Shown one piece after another: positions 28,101 to 38,629 of a stretch of DNA of 64,000 nt. The DNA is from SAR324 cluster bacterium (GTDB lineage Bacteria; SAR324; XYD2-FULL-50-16): positions 186,612 to 250,611 of the forward strand of contig JANQGZ010000093.1 in assembly GCA_028282825.1 (NCBI GenBank). The letters run 5' to 3'. Each line of letters opens with the position of its first letter. The first letter of the stretch is position 1. Both the position numbers and the translations under genes were made by a program. The notes under the pieces are model-generated. The model worked only from the letters and a program-made list of their open reading frames with translations, searched no databases and was not told the origin of the DNA.

Positions 28101-30200
28101 TTATACCAAGAAGAAAACTACTACAAAAACAATCGCCAGAAACAGAATCAGCGAACTACCGATAAGCGTTTGAATTTTGCCTGATTGCAGCAAGCTGGCT
28201 CCCTTACCACCAGCTTGTGCCGTCCAGCCGGCACCGTTAACAGCACCATCCACAATTTCACTGTCAAACACACCGGCAAACAAGCCCAGCGCTTTACCAA
28301 GTACTCCAGCCAGGTTCACCAGACCATCCACGATCATGGCATCGAAAGCCGCCAGGAAGTCAAACAATTTGCGGATCGGAGTGATCACCACAGCTTCATA
28401 AAGCTCATCAACATAGTATTTGTTATAGAGTACATTGAAGATTTTCCGGGCTGAGAGCAGAGACATGATGTTTGCCCGTGCTTCAGGTCGTTTGATGTAG
28501 AAGAAGTAGGCCAGGAATGCCGTAAAGAAAGTCCAGGCTACGGATGCTGTCATCAAACCCCATTCCAGTGCGGTGTGATCCTCCGCATGTCCGTCTGAAA
28601 CTGCAGGGACGGCAGCAGTAATTTTCTCATAGTTTTCTGCAGGTGACCCTGCAATGTCGTGCACAACCGGATCAAGATAATGTGTAAAGTTGCTGTGGCC
28701 ACCCAGGAAATGAGGAACGTTCAGAAAACCAATCACCAGGGCTGCAACTGCCAGAATCGCGATGGGAACCACGGTTCGCTTAGGCTGTTCTTCACAGTGA
28801 TCCCAGGTATGATGATCCATGCGGGGGGTGCCAAAAAAGGTCATGAACACCAATCGCCACATATAAAAAGAAGTAATCCCGGCCGCAGTGAATCCCACCA
28901 GCCAAAGTGCAGGAGAACCTTGGATAAAGGCCTTCCATAAAATTTCATCTTTACTGAAGAATCCGGAAGTCAGGGGAAATCCCATAATAGCCAGGGTGGC
29001 GGCAATAAATGACCAGCCGGTGACAGGCATTTTCTTTAGCAGGCCTCCCATCTCACGCATGTCCTGTTTGTGATGCAGCGCCACGATGACTGATCCGGAT
29101 CCCATAAAGAGAGCAGCCTTAAACGCCGCATGAGTCAGGAGATGGAAAATACCTGCGCTAAACGCCCCCACACCCATTGCCAAGAACATATATCCGAGCT
29201 GACTAACCGTTGAATATGCCAGAACTTTCTTAATATCGAATTGTGCCATCCCTATGGTTGCTGAAAAGAAGCAAGTAAGAGCAGCTATGATCGCAACAAA
29301 CATCAAGATGTGGGGGGCTAGCGTATACAGGAAGAACATTCGACCCATCATGTAGACCCCGGCTGTTACCATAGTAGCAGCGTGAATCAGGGCACTAACG
29401 GGTGTCGGTCCTGCCATGGCGTCCGGTAACCAAACATATAAAGGAATTTGTGCAGATTTACCCATGGCACCGATAAAGAAACACAAACCAATGACTTCCA
29501 AAAGTGGGAATCCAGCAAACGTTAGCTGGGACAACTCACCCATACGTGATTGTAACTGGGTAAAAGATAGATCCACGTTACCGAATGTTTGGTAAGAGAA
29601 CATAATTACCAGAAAGATACCGGCCAGAAATCCCAAATCACCGATTCTATTGGTAATGAATGCCTTCTTCCCGGCTACGGCATTGGCTTCTTCATCAAAC
29701 CAGAATCCGATCAGCAGATAAGAACATAGCCCAACACCTTCCCAACCGAGGAACATGATAATCAGGTTATCGCCTAGAACCAGCATCAACATGGAGGCAA
29801 CAAAGAGGTTCAGGTAGGAAAAGAATCGCCAGAATGACTTATCCTTATGCATGTAACCCATGGCGTAGATGTGAATCAACGATCCGATTCCGGTAATGAT
29901 CATGAGCATCAAAGCGGATAAAGGATCGTAGCGAAACGCCCATTCAATTTTAAGATCGGCTACAGAAAACCAATCGATCATCGGAATTCGCACAATTCGT
30001 TCGGAAACATCCATACTGATCAGTACGAAAAACGATGAAAAAGCAATTAGTGCCGATAAAATCGGTGCAGTACAACCGATAATACCTGTTACATCCTCTC
30101 CAAATTTGTTAAATACCCTTTTCCCTGCCAAACCCAGAAAGATCGCCCCAAACAAAGGAAGAATCGGGACCCAGGGAATCATTGTTTGTATGTAACTCAT
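28101..30200 (-). CDS. nuoL: NADH-quinone oxidoreductase subunit L
   Basis: 699 aa. The antiporter-like core (WLPDAMAGPTPVSALIHAATMV) plus a long C-terminal extension is typical of NuoL. Confidence 0.9.
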   Translation of the reverse strand: MSYIQTMIPWVPILPLFGAIFLGLAGKRVFNKFGEDVTGIIGCTAPILSALIAFSSFFVLISMDVSERIVRIPMIDWFSVADLKIEWAFRYDPLSALMLMIITGIGSLIHIYAMGYMHKDKSFWRFFSYLNLFVASMLMLVLGDNLIIMFLGWEGVGLCSYLLIGFWFDEEANAVAGKKAFITNRIGDLGFLAGIFLVIMFSYQTFGNVDLSFTQLQSRMGELSQLTFAGFPLLEVIGLCFFIGAMGKSAQIPLYVWLPDAMAGPTPVSALIHAATMVTAGVYMMGRMFFLYTLAPHILMFVAIIAALTCFFSATIGMAQFDIKKVLAYSTVSQLGYMFLAMGVGAFSAGIFHLLTHAAFKAALFMGSGSVIVALHHKQDMREMGGLLKKMPVTGWSFIAATLAIMGFPLTSGFFSKDEILWKAFIQGSPALWLVGFTAAGITSFYMWRLVFMTFFGTPRMDHHTWDHCEEQPKRTVVPIAILAVAALVIGFLNVPHFLGGHSNFTHYLDPVVHDIAGSPAENYEKITAAVPAVSDGHAEDHTALEWGLMTASVAWTFFTAFLAYFFYIKRPEARANIMSLLSARKIFNVLYNKYYVDELYEAVVITPIRKLFDFLAAFDAMIVDGLVNLAGVLGKALGLFAGVFDSEIVDGAVNGAGWTAQAGGKGASLLQSGKIQTLIGSSLILFLAIVFVVVFFLV

Positions 30201-30257
30201 TATACGTTTAGGTTTTTTATGGTTAATTTGTTTAACTGTGCTTACAAACTATTCTTT

Positions 30258-30569
30258 TTAACCTTTTAAGGTAGCCAGTTTATCTGCGCGAATCTGCTTA
30301 AATTCTTTATAAACGGTCAGCGCAATCGCAAGTGCAACGACAGCTTCCGCTGCTGCTATCAGGATGATGAATACGGCAAAGACTTGTCCGTCCAGTTGAG
30401 AAGCCTGAGAAGGGGTGAATCTGGCAAATGCTACGAAATTCAGTGCAGCTGCATTGAAGATCAATTCCACTCCCATCAGGATGGCAATACTGTTTTTACG
30501 GGAAACAAACATGATGATCCCTAATGTGAACAATGCTGTTGATACAGCTAAATAACCCTCTAAACTCAT
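30258..30569 (-). CDS. nuoK: NADH-quinone oxidoreductase subunit K
   Basis: 103 aa with three TM segments. GVELIFNAAALNF motif. Confidence 0.9.
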   Translation of the reverse strand: MSLEGYLAVSTALFTLGIIMFVSRKNSIAILMGVELIFNAAALNFVAFARFTPSQASQLDGQVFAVFIILIAAAEAVVALAIALTVYKEFKQIRADKLATLKG

Positions 30570-31069
30570 GTTTGATCTCCTTTAATTACCAATACCAGTG
30601 CGCCAATCAATGAAGAGAGCAGTAAAAAGGAAATCACTTCAAATGGAAGCACATACTCTCTCAAGAGCAAGATACCCAGACTGCTGGTAGTCGGTTTCAT
30701 TTCCTGCAGTGGCATGAGAGTCCAGGAAGTCGAGCTGATAATCCCGTAAACCAGGACGAAAAACCCGATTGCCCCGACAGCAGTTAAAATTGCCTGAAAT
30801 GACAAATTACTTTTCCCCGGGCTGGAAACATCGGCGGTTAACATGGTACCAAAAATCAGCAGCACATTGACTCCACCCGCGTAAACCAGAATCTGTACAA
30901 TAGCGATAAAATCACCACCTAACAGAACATAAAACCCTGCAATTCCAAACAAGACAAAAAACAGGGCAAAGGCTGCTCGCAAAAGGTTGGTTGAGAATGT
31001 AACAATTAAGCCCACTCCCAGCACCATGGCAGCGAAAATATAGAAAAATAACTGGGGTAATTCTATCAT
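30566..31069 (-). CDS. nuoJ: NADH-quinone oxidoreductase subunit J
   Basis: 167-aa membrane protein in the canonical position between nuoI and nuoK. It overlaps both neighbours by 4 nt. Confidence 0.85.
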   Translation of the reverse strand: MIELPQLFFYIFAAMVLGVGLIVTFSTNLLRAAFALFFVLFGIAGFYVLLGGDFIAIVQILVYAGGVNVLLIFGTMLTADVSSPGKSNLSFQAILTAVGAIGFFVLVYGIISSTSWTLMPLQEMKPTTSSLGILLLREYVLPFEVISFLLLSSLIGALVLVIKGDQT

Positions 31070-31743
31070 GCTGTTGCTCCTTCTGATTGTTCTTTCTCTT
31101 TTGTTGCCTTTTCCTTGGCTTCCTTAGCTGCTTTTTTCTCTGCAGCTTCCTTGGCAATTTCTGCCGCTCTCGCCTGGACACGCTCTTTTTCTTCGTCAGT
31201 AACAAATGTCAACACCAGCTCTTCCAGGGAAGTGCGGTTCATCTCAAAGGTTTTAGTGTGAAAGATTGCTTTGGTAGGGCAGGCAATGACACACAGGCCG
31301 CAATACATACATTTTCCCTTGTCGATATCAAACCGGGTGTTGGCCCTGGTTTTAATCGCCTGCTTTTGCGTGAAACGGTTTAGGACAGGTTCGCCGGCCT
31401 GATCAGTCAGCTTCTCTTTATCACACTTCTCATTTTCGATTTTGATACAATCGATAGGACACGCTTTCACACACAGTCCACAGGAAGTACAAAGGGAAAG
31501 GTCCAGATCAAGGACACCGCGATAGTTATCCGGCATTCCCATCAACGAACCTTTATAACCTTTTGAGATGGTTTCATTGTCGGAGATATCGACTTCCGGA
31601 TACTGAACCGTAACCGGACGCACAAACATAGTCGCCAACGTGACACTCATTCCTTCAAATACAGATTGAAACCCGTTTTTTATATTCTTAAAATATCCAC
31701 CCATGGTTACCTGCTCTATAATAGTTTGCTCAATCTCTTCCAC
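31066..31743 (-). CDS. nuoI: NADH-quinone oxidoreductase subunit I (2x[4Fe-4S]) with a Lys/Ala/Glu-rich C-terminal tail
   Basis: Two CxxCxxCxxxCP motifs (CTSCGLCVKACP, CMYCGLCVIACP). The conserved start is probably at Met14 (31704). The last ~43 aa are low-complexity: EKERVQARAAEIAKEAAEKKAAKEAKEKATKEKE. Confidence 0.9.
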   Translation of the reverse strand: MEEIEQTIIEQVTMGGYFKNIKNGFQSVFEGMSVTLATMFVRPVTVQYPEVDISDNETISKGYKGSLMGMPDNYRGVLDLDLSLCTSCGLCVKACPIDCIKIENEKCDKEKLTDQAGEPVLNRFTQKQAIKTRANTRFDIDKGKCMYCGLCVIACPTKAIFHTKTFEMNRTSLEELVLTFVTDEEKERVQARAAEIAKEAAEKKAAKEAKEKATKEKEQSEGATA

Positions 31744-31785
31744 TTGGAGGCAAAATTGAGAATTCGAGTACTATAAATAATGACT

Positions 31786-32985
31786 TTACGCAGTAACGGA
31801 TCGTAATGAATTTACGGGAATATTCTGTTCCCTCATGTTCACACGCACACGTTTGAAAAATTTAAACAATGCGACCAGGAATACCATGAACATCGACACG
31901 GCAACAACTAATTGAAATGTTTCATATTGCCAGGTAAGCAGCATGTAAAGTGCCTGTCCGAAGAAAGCAAGAAATGCTGCCGGCAACAGGTATTTCCAGG
32001 AAAGCTTCATTAGCTGGTCGATTCTGAATCGAGGCAAAGTCCAGCGAATCCAGATAATCACAAAGACAATAAATAAGGTTTTTAAACAGAAAAGCAACAC
32101 ACTTAAGATCGTGCTACCTGCGATGAATCCGGGCAAGTTTCCTCCACCAAGAAAAATCACGGAGATAAATGCGCCTACTACAAAAAGGTTGGCCCATTCC
32201 GAAAGGAAAAAAACCGCATATCGAAAGCCGGAATATTCCGTGCAGTATCCGGAAACCAATTCTGATTCTGCCTCAGGTAAGTCAAATGGGATTCTGTTGG
32301 CTTCTGCCAGGGAACCAATGAAGAAAATCAGAAATGACATGATGGTAAAAGGACTTTTGAAGAGCATCCATTCCCAAGGTAACCAACCCTGTACATTTAA
32401 GATGCCGGTCATGGAAAGCGTACCGGAAATCAGGATCGGTACCAGCAATCCCAAACCCACCGGGATTTCATAACTGACGATTTGAGCTGCAGCTCGCATT
32501 CCGCCAAGAAGTGACCATTTGTTGTTTGAACTCCATCCGGCCATTAATACACCTATGACCACCAGTGAAGTAATGGAGATAAAATAAAACAGTCCCACAT
32601 TGAGATCTGCCACGATCAAATCTGTTCCCCAAGGCATCACAACCAAGGTGCAAAATACGCCAATCAGACAAAAATAAGGTGCTATCCTGAACAACACATT
32701 GTCTGACCCTTCCGGAATCAAGTCTTCTTTCAATATCAGCTTGATTCCGTCAGCTATCCATTGGAAAAAACCTTCAGGACCAACCCTGTTAGGTCCCAGT
32801 CGAGATTGCATAAAACCTGATACGCGTCGCTCCACCCAGGTCAATATTCCGCCAACGACTACAAACAAAAGCAAAATCACCACACCGACAATAACAGAAA
32901 CTATTATCTTGGCCGATAAAGCACCTAACCCTAATTCAACTAGTAAATTTTCCATATCCAGTATTTGTTTCCATTTAATTAGCAA
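31786..32985 (-). CDS. nuoH: NADH-quinone oxidoreductase subunit H
   Basis: 399 aa. RLGPNRVGPEGFFQWIADGIKL and EAESELVSGYCTEYSG motifs. An alternative start exists at Met11 (32955). Confidence 0.9.
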   Translation of the reverse strand: MLIKWKQILDMENLLVELGLGALSAKIIVSVIVGVVILLLFVVVGGILTWVERRVSGFMQSRLGPNRVGPEGFFQWIADGIKLILKEDLIPEGSDNVLFRIAPYFCLIGVFCTLVVMPWGTDLIVADLNVGLFYFISITSLVVIGVLMAGWSSNNKWSLLGGMRAAAQIVSYEIPVGLGLLVPILISGTLSMTGILNVQGWLPWEWMLFKSPFTIMSFLIFFIGSLAEANRIPFDLPEAESELVSGYCTEYSGFRYAVFFLSEWANLFVVGAFISVIFLGGGNLPGFIAGSTILSVLLFCLKTLFIVFVIIWIRWTLPRFRIDQLMKLSWKYLLPAAFLAFFGQALYMLLTWQYETFQLVVAVSMFMVFLVALFKFFKRVRVNMREQNIPVNSLRSVTA

Positions 32986-33066
32986 CTGAGAGGAAGAAGT
33001 CTAAAGACCGAAATGTGCAAGATCAACCTTCAGCTTTAAGCCTTTAGTCTAAATACCTTTATTTTG

Positions 33067-34188
33067 TTATCGATCAATTTCAGGAGCGACAATATCCATA
33101 GACCCAATCACTGCTACCAGATCAGCAATGAAAATGCCTTTGGCAATTTCAGGAATAATAGACATACCGGTAAAGGAGCCGGTTCTGATCTTTAATCGAT
33201 AAGGAGAAGATTTCCCATCACTGTAAATAAAATAGCCGGTATCACCTCGAGGTGTTTCCGTTCGAAAATAAATATGACCTTTAGGAGGCTTAATCACACT
33301 TTTAACAACAGCCTTGATTTCCCCTTCCGGTATTTGCTTTAAACATTGTCTGATAATTTTAACCGATTCCCTGAGTTCTTTTATACGAACCACATATCGA
33401 TCATAACAATCACCTATCTGCCCTTCGCAGCCATCTCCTACCGGAACATCAAAATCCAGTTCAGGATAAATACTATATGGTTCAGCTTTTCGAACATCGA
33501 ATTTGATTCCGGAACCTCGAAGGTTCGGACCGACAAGGTTATAGTTCATGGCTTGTTCAGGCGATATAACCGCCACATTGGCAAACCGCTTGATGAAGAT
33601 CTGATTATAGGTAATGAGGCGATTGATCTGCTCCATAACCACTTCAAAACGATCCAGAAACTCTTCCGTCTTCTCTTTAAAGCCTTCCGGAAGATCGTAA
33701 TTGACACCGCCGATACAAATATAATTGTAGGTAAGTCGCGCTCCACAAATCATTTCCAAAAGATCGTTGACATGCTCACGCTCCCTAACCAGATGCATAA
33801 AAGGAGTGAATGCTCCCATATCCATATTTGCCGCGCCGATCGCTACAGCATGACTTGAAATCCGGTTTAACTCCGAAACGATTACCCTGATATATTCTGC
33901 TCGTTTTGGAATTTCCAAACCCATCAGTTTTTCAACCGCCATGGCGTAAGCAAGGTTGGAATTCATAGCACAGACATAATCAACACGATCAGTGAAGGGA
34001 ACAAACCCCTGCCAGGAGGTGTGTTCGGCAATTTTTTCCATGCTTCTGTGCAGATACCCTACGTCGGGATCACATTCATGGATAATTTCCCCGTCGGTTT
34101 TAATAATAAACCGGATCACCCCATGCGTGGAGGGATGCTGGGGCCCCATATTAATGGTCAGATATTCGGTCGTTAGTGCGGAACTCAT
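33067..34188 (-). CDS. nuoD: NADH-quinone oxidoreductase subunit D
   Basis: 373 aa. INMGPQHPSTHGV near the N-terminus and IVAPEIDR at the C-terminus. Confidence 0.95.
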   Translation of the reverse strand: MSSALTTEYLTINMGPQHPSTHGVIRFIIKTDGEIIHECDPDVGYLHRSMEKIAEHTSWQGFVPFTDRVDYVCAMNSNLAYAMAVEKLMGLEIPKRAEYIRVIVSELNRISSHAVAIGAANMDMGAFTPFMHLVREREHVNDLLEMICGARLTYNYICIGGVNYDLPEGFKEKTEEFLDRFEVVMEQINRLITYNQIFIKRFANVAVISPEQAMNYNLVGPNLRGSGIKFDVRKAEPYSIYPELDFDVPVGDGCEGQIGDCYDRYVVRIKELRESVKIIRQCLKQIPEGEIKAVVKSVIKPPKGHIYFRTETPRGDTGYFIYSDGKSSPYRLKIRTGSFTGMSIIPEIAKGIFIADLVAVIGSMDIVAPEIDR

Positions 34189-34191
34189 GAT

Positions 34192-34770
34192 TTATTTCCC
34201 TTTTCCTTGAAAACTTCGAGTGATTTCCGAAGGTGAATTATCAATATTTTGGTACGTTGAAGGTGTCTGGTAGTCCTTTCGTAATGGAAACCCTTCCCAA
34301 TCATCCGGAAGCATAATTCTTCTTAGATCAGGATGACCTTTAAACTCCACACCAAGTAAATCGTAAGTTTCTCTTTCCAGCCAGTCCGCTCCTTTCCAGA
34401 TGGAGACAACACTGTCTATTTCCGGTTTGTTTTTGGGAACGCTGGACTCTATCACAAGGCGATGACAATGGGTGTAGGAATACAAATGCCAGAACAACCT
34501 GAGTTCTTCATGATCATGTGTTTCGTCTTGATCCTGTGCGACATCAAAATATAGATGCCAGAAAAGCTTTGAGTTTTCTGTTTCATGAAAGGCAGTTTGA
34601 CTCATTAAAACCTCAAACTTCAGGTCTTCGTGATCAAACAAAAATTGCATCACTTCCAGTATAAAATCAGAGCGCACATAAATGGATTCCGTCGGTCCCT
34701 CTTCTTCCTGAAAGCTGATCACCGCTTTGGTGTTCTTTTTTAACAGCTCGTAAATCTCTATGGTATTCAA
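34192..34770 (-). CDS. nuoC: NADH-quinone oxidoreductase subunit C
   Basis: 192 aa. [23 protein letters not shown] motif. Confidence 0.9.
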   Translation of the reverse strand: MNTIEIYELLKKNTKAVISFQEEEGPTESIYVRSDFILEVMQFLFDHEDLKFEVLMSQTAFHETENSKLFWHLYFDVAQDQDETHDHEELRLFWHLYSYTHCHRLVIESSVPKNKPEIDSVVSIWKGADWLERETYDLLGVEFKGHPDLRRIMLPDDWEGFPLRKDYQTPSTYQNIDNSPSEITRSFQGKGK

Positions 34771-34845
34771 CGTCTACTCCTTATCCTTTGTAAGGGTTCT
34801 AGTGATTTTGCTTTAAATATATGGATGACAATGTTGTGAGAGACC

Positions 34846-35331
34846 CTATTTTTTTCTTAAGTATTTCTCTTTTTTAATCTTTTTCTGCAGGTCTATTAGG
34901 GCAGATAAAAGTGCCTCAGGTCTTGGCGGGCATCCGGGGAGATATACATCGACAGGAATGACACGATCAACACCGTGTAAAACAGAATAACTACCTTGAA
35001 ACAAGCCCCCTGAATTGGAGCAACTGCCCATTGAAATCACATATTTCGGGTCGGGCATTTGATCATATAACGTTTTTACCCTGCTTGCCATTTTTAAAGT
35101 GATAGTTCCGGCAACCAACAACAGATCAGCTTGCCTTGGTACCGCCCTGGGGGCCGAGCCAAATCGTTCCAAATCTCCCCTGGGCCCACCTGTCTGCATA
35201 AGTTCAATTCCGCAACAAGCCGTTGCAAACAACAGGTACCAGAGTGAATTAGCCCGTGCCAGGTTAATTACGTGATCAACGGTAGTTAGGACAACGCCAT
35301 CAGATTCAAAACTATTGTGTAATGTCTTCAT
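34846..35331 (-). CDS. nuoB: NADH-quinone oxidoreductase subunit B
   Basis: 161 aa. CCGIE, MGSCSNSGG and PGCPPRPE are the N2 cluster ligands. Confidence 0.95.
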   Translation of the reverse strand: MKTLHNSFESDGVVLTTVDHVINLARANSLWYLLFATACCGIELMQTGGPRGDLERFGSAPRAVPRQADLLLVAGTITLKMASRVKTLYDQMPDPKYVISMGSCSNSGGLFQGSYSVLHGVDRVIPVDVYLPGCPPRPEALLSALIDLQKKIKKEKYLRKK

Positions 35332-35379
35332 TTTATTTTATCAACCGCGTATCAAATTGCTTTTGTTATATATTTTTGG

Positions 35380-35784
35380 TTACTTTGTTTCTGGTTCACC
35401 TTCAGGTAAACTACGTACCCAATCCAAACCACCCTGACTCCAGGCATAAATAAAGCCAACCAGTAATATCAGTATAAAGATGGCGATTTCTATAAACGCC
35501 AATAATCCCCAGCCAGACTCCAACAGTTCTTTGAACACTACTGTAACCGGGTACATCACTGCGATTTCCACATCAAAGATCACAAATACAAATGCAATCA
35601 GGTAAAATCTCATATTAAACTGTGAAAAGCCGGCTCCAACAGGCTCCTCACCGCATTCATAAACTGCCTTTTTCCCGGGACTCGGATTGTCAGGCCTCAG
35701 GAGTTTTCCTATGACCAAAGTGACAAACACAAAACCGACAGCAATGACTAGAAATATAAATATATTCGAAAACTGAAATAACAT
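35380..35784 (-). CDS. nuoA: NADH-quinone oxidoreductase subunit A
   Basis: 134 aa with three TM segments. YECGEEP motif. It is the first gene of the operon. Confidence 0.9.
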   Translation of the reverse strand: MLFQFSNIFIFLVIAVGFVFVTLVIGKLLRPDNPSPGKKAVYECGEEPVGAGFSQFNMRFYLIAFVFVIFDVEIAVMYPVTVVFKELLESGWGLLAFIEIAIFILILLVGFIYAWSQGGLDWVRSLPEGEPETK

Positions 35785-36531
35785 GGTTAGATCCCCTGTT
35801 GATCACTATATATATTCAAGGTATTGTACAGCCCGTTATAGTATAGCCTATTATCGGCCTGTGCAAGTTCGATGGTTATAATAAAAAATTTTGATTGAAG
35901 CTTTCAAAGATATTTATCCATTGGCACTGATCTTTATCACTAAATTAGTCATCATTGTTGTCTTGCCATCGTGTTGATGGGTGAACAGATGATTTTAGAC
36001 AATATTTTGACAACATTAATCGTTTTGCGTGGATTACTCATTTTCATTGATCGATCATCAAACAAAACATTGATATTTTAGTATATCTATTTGTAAATAT
36101 TGATCTTTTATAATTTCTATTGGTCGTTCTTTCCAACATAAACGGCAAGGCGATTAAGTCAACAAATGCAGAAAAAGACCATTTTATCCTTTACAATTCA
36201 GAAAAAAAAAGGGCCGACTCAAAAAGGATTTGATTGATTTACTTGGCATTTCCCAAAAATTCACACCAATTTTACAAAATATATTGTAAAATCTGAGACT
36301 TGAAAAATTGCAAGATTGTTCAATAAAAAATAACTATTAAATCAATATTTTTTAATAAAAAATTTAAAAAAACTAAAAGAGCAATAATTTTAGATAGGTG
36401 GGTAGATAAAAAACTGACTGAATTATTAACTAAGCTGAGAGAAGAAGGAAAGAAATGACATTTGGTATAGAATTGTCAGACCGGTTCGTATAAAAATCTC
36501 CGGAGTGTTGAAACATCAGTGTTTTGCGAGG

Positions 36532-36574
36532 TGACAATGAGCTTTTTTTATTCTGCTTTATCAGCTCATTGTCA
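36532..36574 (-). terminator. Perfect 12-bp-stem hairpin just downstream of the malic-enzyme stop (possible terminator)
   Basis: TGACAATGAGCT (36532-36543) pairs with AGCTCATTGTCA (36563-36574) around a 19-nt loop. There is no clear U-tract on the minus strand, so function is uncertain. Confidence 0.35.
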
Positions 36575-36609
36575 GTAAATGACAGGAATCAAGAAGACTG
36601 CCTATATTG

Positions 36610-38322
36610 TTAAACTCTGCGATAAGGATGGTACATAGGTTTCCAAACCTTTGATTGCACCAGGTCATAAAGATTTTCTTCCTTTATTCCCAGATCAGGA
36701 TTGGATTTTATTAAACCGCGAAGTATTTCGGTTGCCACACGCAGACCTACTTTTTGGATATCCTTAAGCCTTGGATATACGGCGCCATCACTAAGGTCCT
36801 TTTCACTGACACACGATGCCAAGGCATGAGCCGCATTGGTAAACATATCGTCAGTCAACACCTGCTGTCGTGAAATCATGGAAGCCATACCGACTCCGGG
36901 AAAAACAAAGGCATTGCTGGCAACACCAACCCTTAAGCATTTGCCTCCATGCTCTATTTCACCCCAGGCACTACCAAGAGCTACAATTGCCTTGCCATCG
37001 GTCCAGTTGCATAAATCTTCAGGACTGGCTTCACATTCGCTAGCTGGATTGGTAAGAGGAAAAATCACCGGTCGCTCTGTGTTTTCCATCATCGCTTTCA
37101 CATGTTCTTCGGTAAAAACATCTTTTTGACCGGAAATCCCTATCAAAAACGTTGCCTTTAGACTCTTGATCACGTCAAGCAGGGATGGTTTTCCGGTAGA
37201 AGCATCCACATTAGCCAGCTGGGAAGGGTTCATGGCAAACGGTTTTTTGTAATCTTCCAAATCCGGTCGATTCTGTAGGATGCATCCCTTAGAGTCGAAC
37301 AGGCAGATTTTCTGTCTGGCTTCGTCTTTGCTAATGCCCATTGCTTCCAACTCCAACACTAACTGCCTCGCAAATCCGATACCACCGGAACCTGCACCGA
37401 AAATAACAAACTTCTGATCTTTAAGATCTTCATTTTTTGTTTTGACGGCATTTAATACCCCAGCCATCACTACTGCACCGGTTCCCTGGATGTCATCATT
37501 GAAGGAAGGCAGCTTATCCCTGTATTTTTCCAGGATTTGAAAAGCTCGATGTTTGGCAAAGTCCTCCCATTGCAGAACAGCTTTTGGGAATGACTGGCTG
37601 ACTATTTCTACGAACTTATCCAGGAATTTATCGTACTTTTCTCCTTTGATCCGTTTGTGACCAACTCCAAGATAGAGCGGATCCGCCAGAAGTTCTTCAT
37701 TATCCGTACCGATATCTATGGCAATCGGCAGGCAGTAGGATGGATGTAAACCAGATCCCAGGGTATACAAGGACAATTTACCAATCGGAATTGCCATACC
37801 GCCGACACCTATATCATGCATACCAGATATTCCCTGGCTGTCTGTCACTACAATCATTTCGATGTTCGACGAGGCAAAGTGATTTGTCATATCGGGTAGC
37901 TTCTCCACATTGTCTTTTGTGATATATAGCCCCCTGGCCCGTTGATAGTGATGACTGAACTGTGAGCAAGCTGTCACCACGGTCGGGATATATATAATTG
38001 GCAGCATTTCTTCGATATGTTCTTCTATCAAACTATAGAACAAGGTTTCGTTTCTATCCTGTAACGACCGAAGATATATGTACTTATCAATATCGGACGG
38101 AGCTGCGCAGAAACCCTCATAGACCCTGACCTTCTGGTCTTCCAGGGTTTGGACATTGGGAGGAATCAATCCCCGTAAATGGAATTCCTCTCTTTCCTCC
38201 ATGGTAAATGCAGTTCCCTTATTCAGGTTGCGATCACTTATCAGGTCCAGACCATCCACAGATACCGGTGTAAAAAGCCTTCCTTTATGATCCCGCCATT
38301 TCTGATATTTTTCTATCGACAT
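36610..38322 (-). CDS. maeA: NAD(P)-dependent malic enzyme (large, MaeA/SfcA type)
   Basis: 570 aa. NLNKGTAFTMEEREEFHLRGLIPP, FNDDIQGTGAVV and the Rossmann motif FGAGSGGIG are classic malic-enzyme signatures. Confidence 0.9.
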   Translation of the reverse strand: MSIEKYQKWRDHKGRLFTPVSVDGLDLISDRNLNKGTAFTMEEREEFHLRGLIPPNVQTLEDQKVRVYEGFCAAPSDIDKYIYLRSLQDRNETLFYSLIEEHIEEMLPIIYIPTVVTACSQFSHHYQRARGLYITKDNVEKLPDMTNHFASSNIEMIVVTDSQGISGMHDIGVGGMAIPIGKLSLYTLGSGLHPSYCLPIAIDIGTDNEELLADPLYLGVGHKRIKGEKYDKFLDKFVEIVSQSFPKAVLQWEDFAKHRAFQILEKYRDKLPSFNDDIQGTGAVVMAGVLNAVKTKNEDLKDQKFVIFGAGSGGIGFARQLVLELEAMGISKDEARQKICLFDSKGCILQNRPDLEDYKKPFAMNPSQLANVDASTGKPSLLDVIKSLKATFLIGISGQKDVFTEEHVKAMMENTERPVIFPLTNPASECEASPEDLCNWTDGKAIVALGSAWGEIEHGGKCLRVGVASNAFVFPGVGMASMISRQQVLTDDMFTNAAHALASCVSEKDLSDGAVYPRLKDIQKVGLRVATEILRGLIKSNPDLGIKEENLYDLVQSKVWKPMYHPYRRV

Positions 38323-38629
38323 ATCTCACCTGTTTTAAAGTATTGAAAGTCTGCCGGGAGCCCAATTGCCCAGCACCTGCCTAGAAAAGGTATGCCTGTT
38401 TTACCACAGCGGAGGATGAATAGCAAATTTTTTTAAAAAAAACCTCGTTCGACAACGCCCGATAGCAGGGGAGTTCATAGTTATATAATTGATATTATAA
38501 TTTTTTAAACGGAGTGCTCCACCTCCCCATCGTCGGAGATCGCTAAAAGCTATTTGTTAAAAACTCCGGAAAACCTGATTTGGAAAGATGTGCGGAGGAT
38601 AAGGTTTGGCAAGATTTATTTACGAATCG

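Noticed and set aside
35922-35937. TGGCAC-N5-TTTAT, a sigma54-like -24/-12 element
   Set aside because: The -12 box lacks the conserved GC. The element is on the plus strand, pointing away from nuoA toward the 3' end of a convergent gene, so it has nothing to drive.
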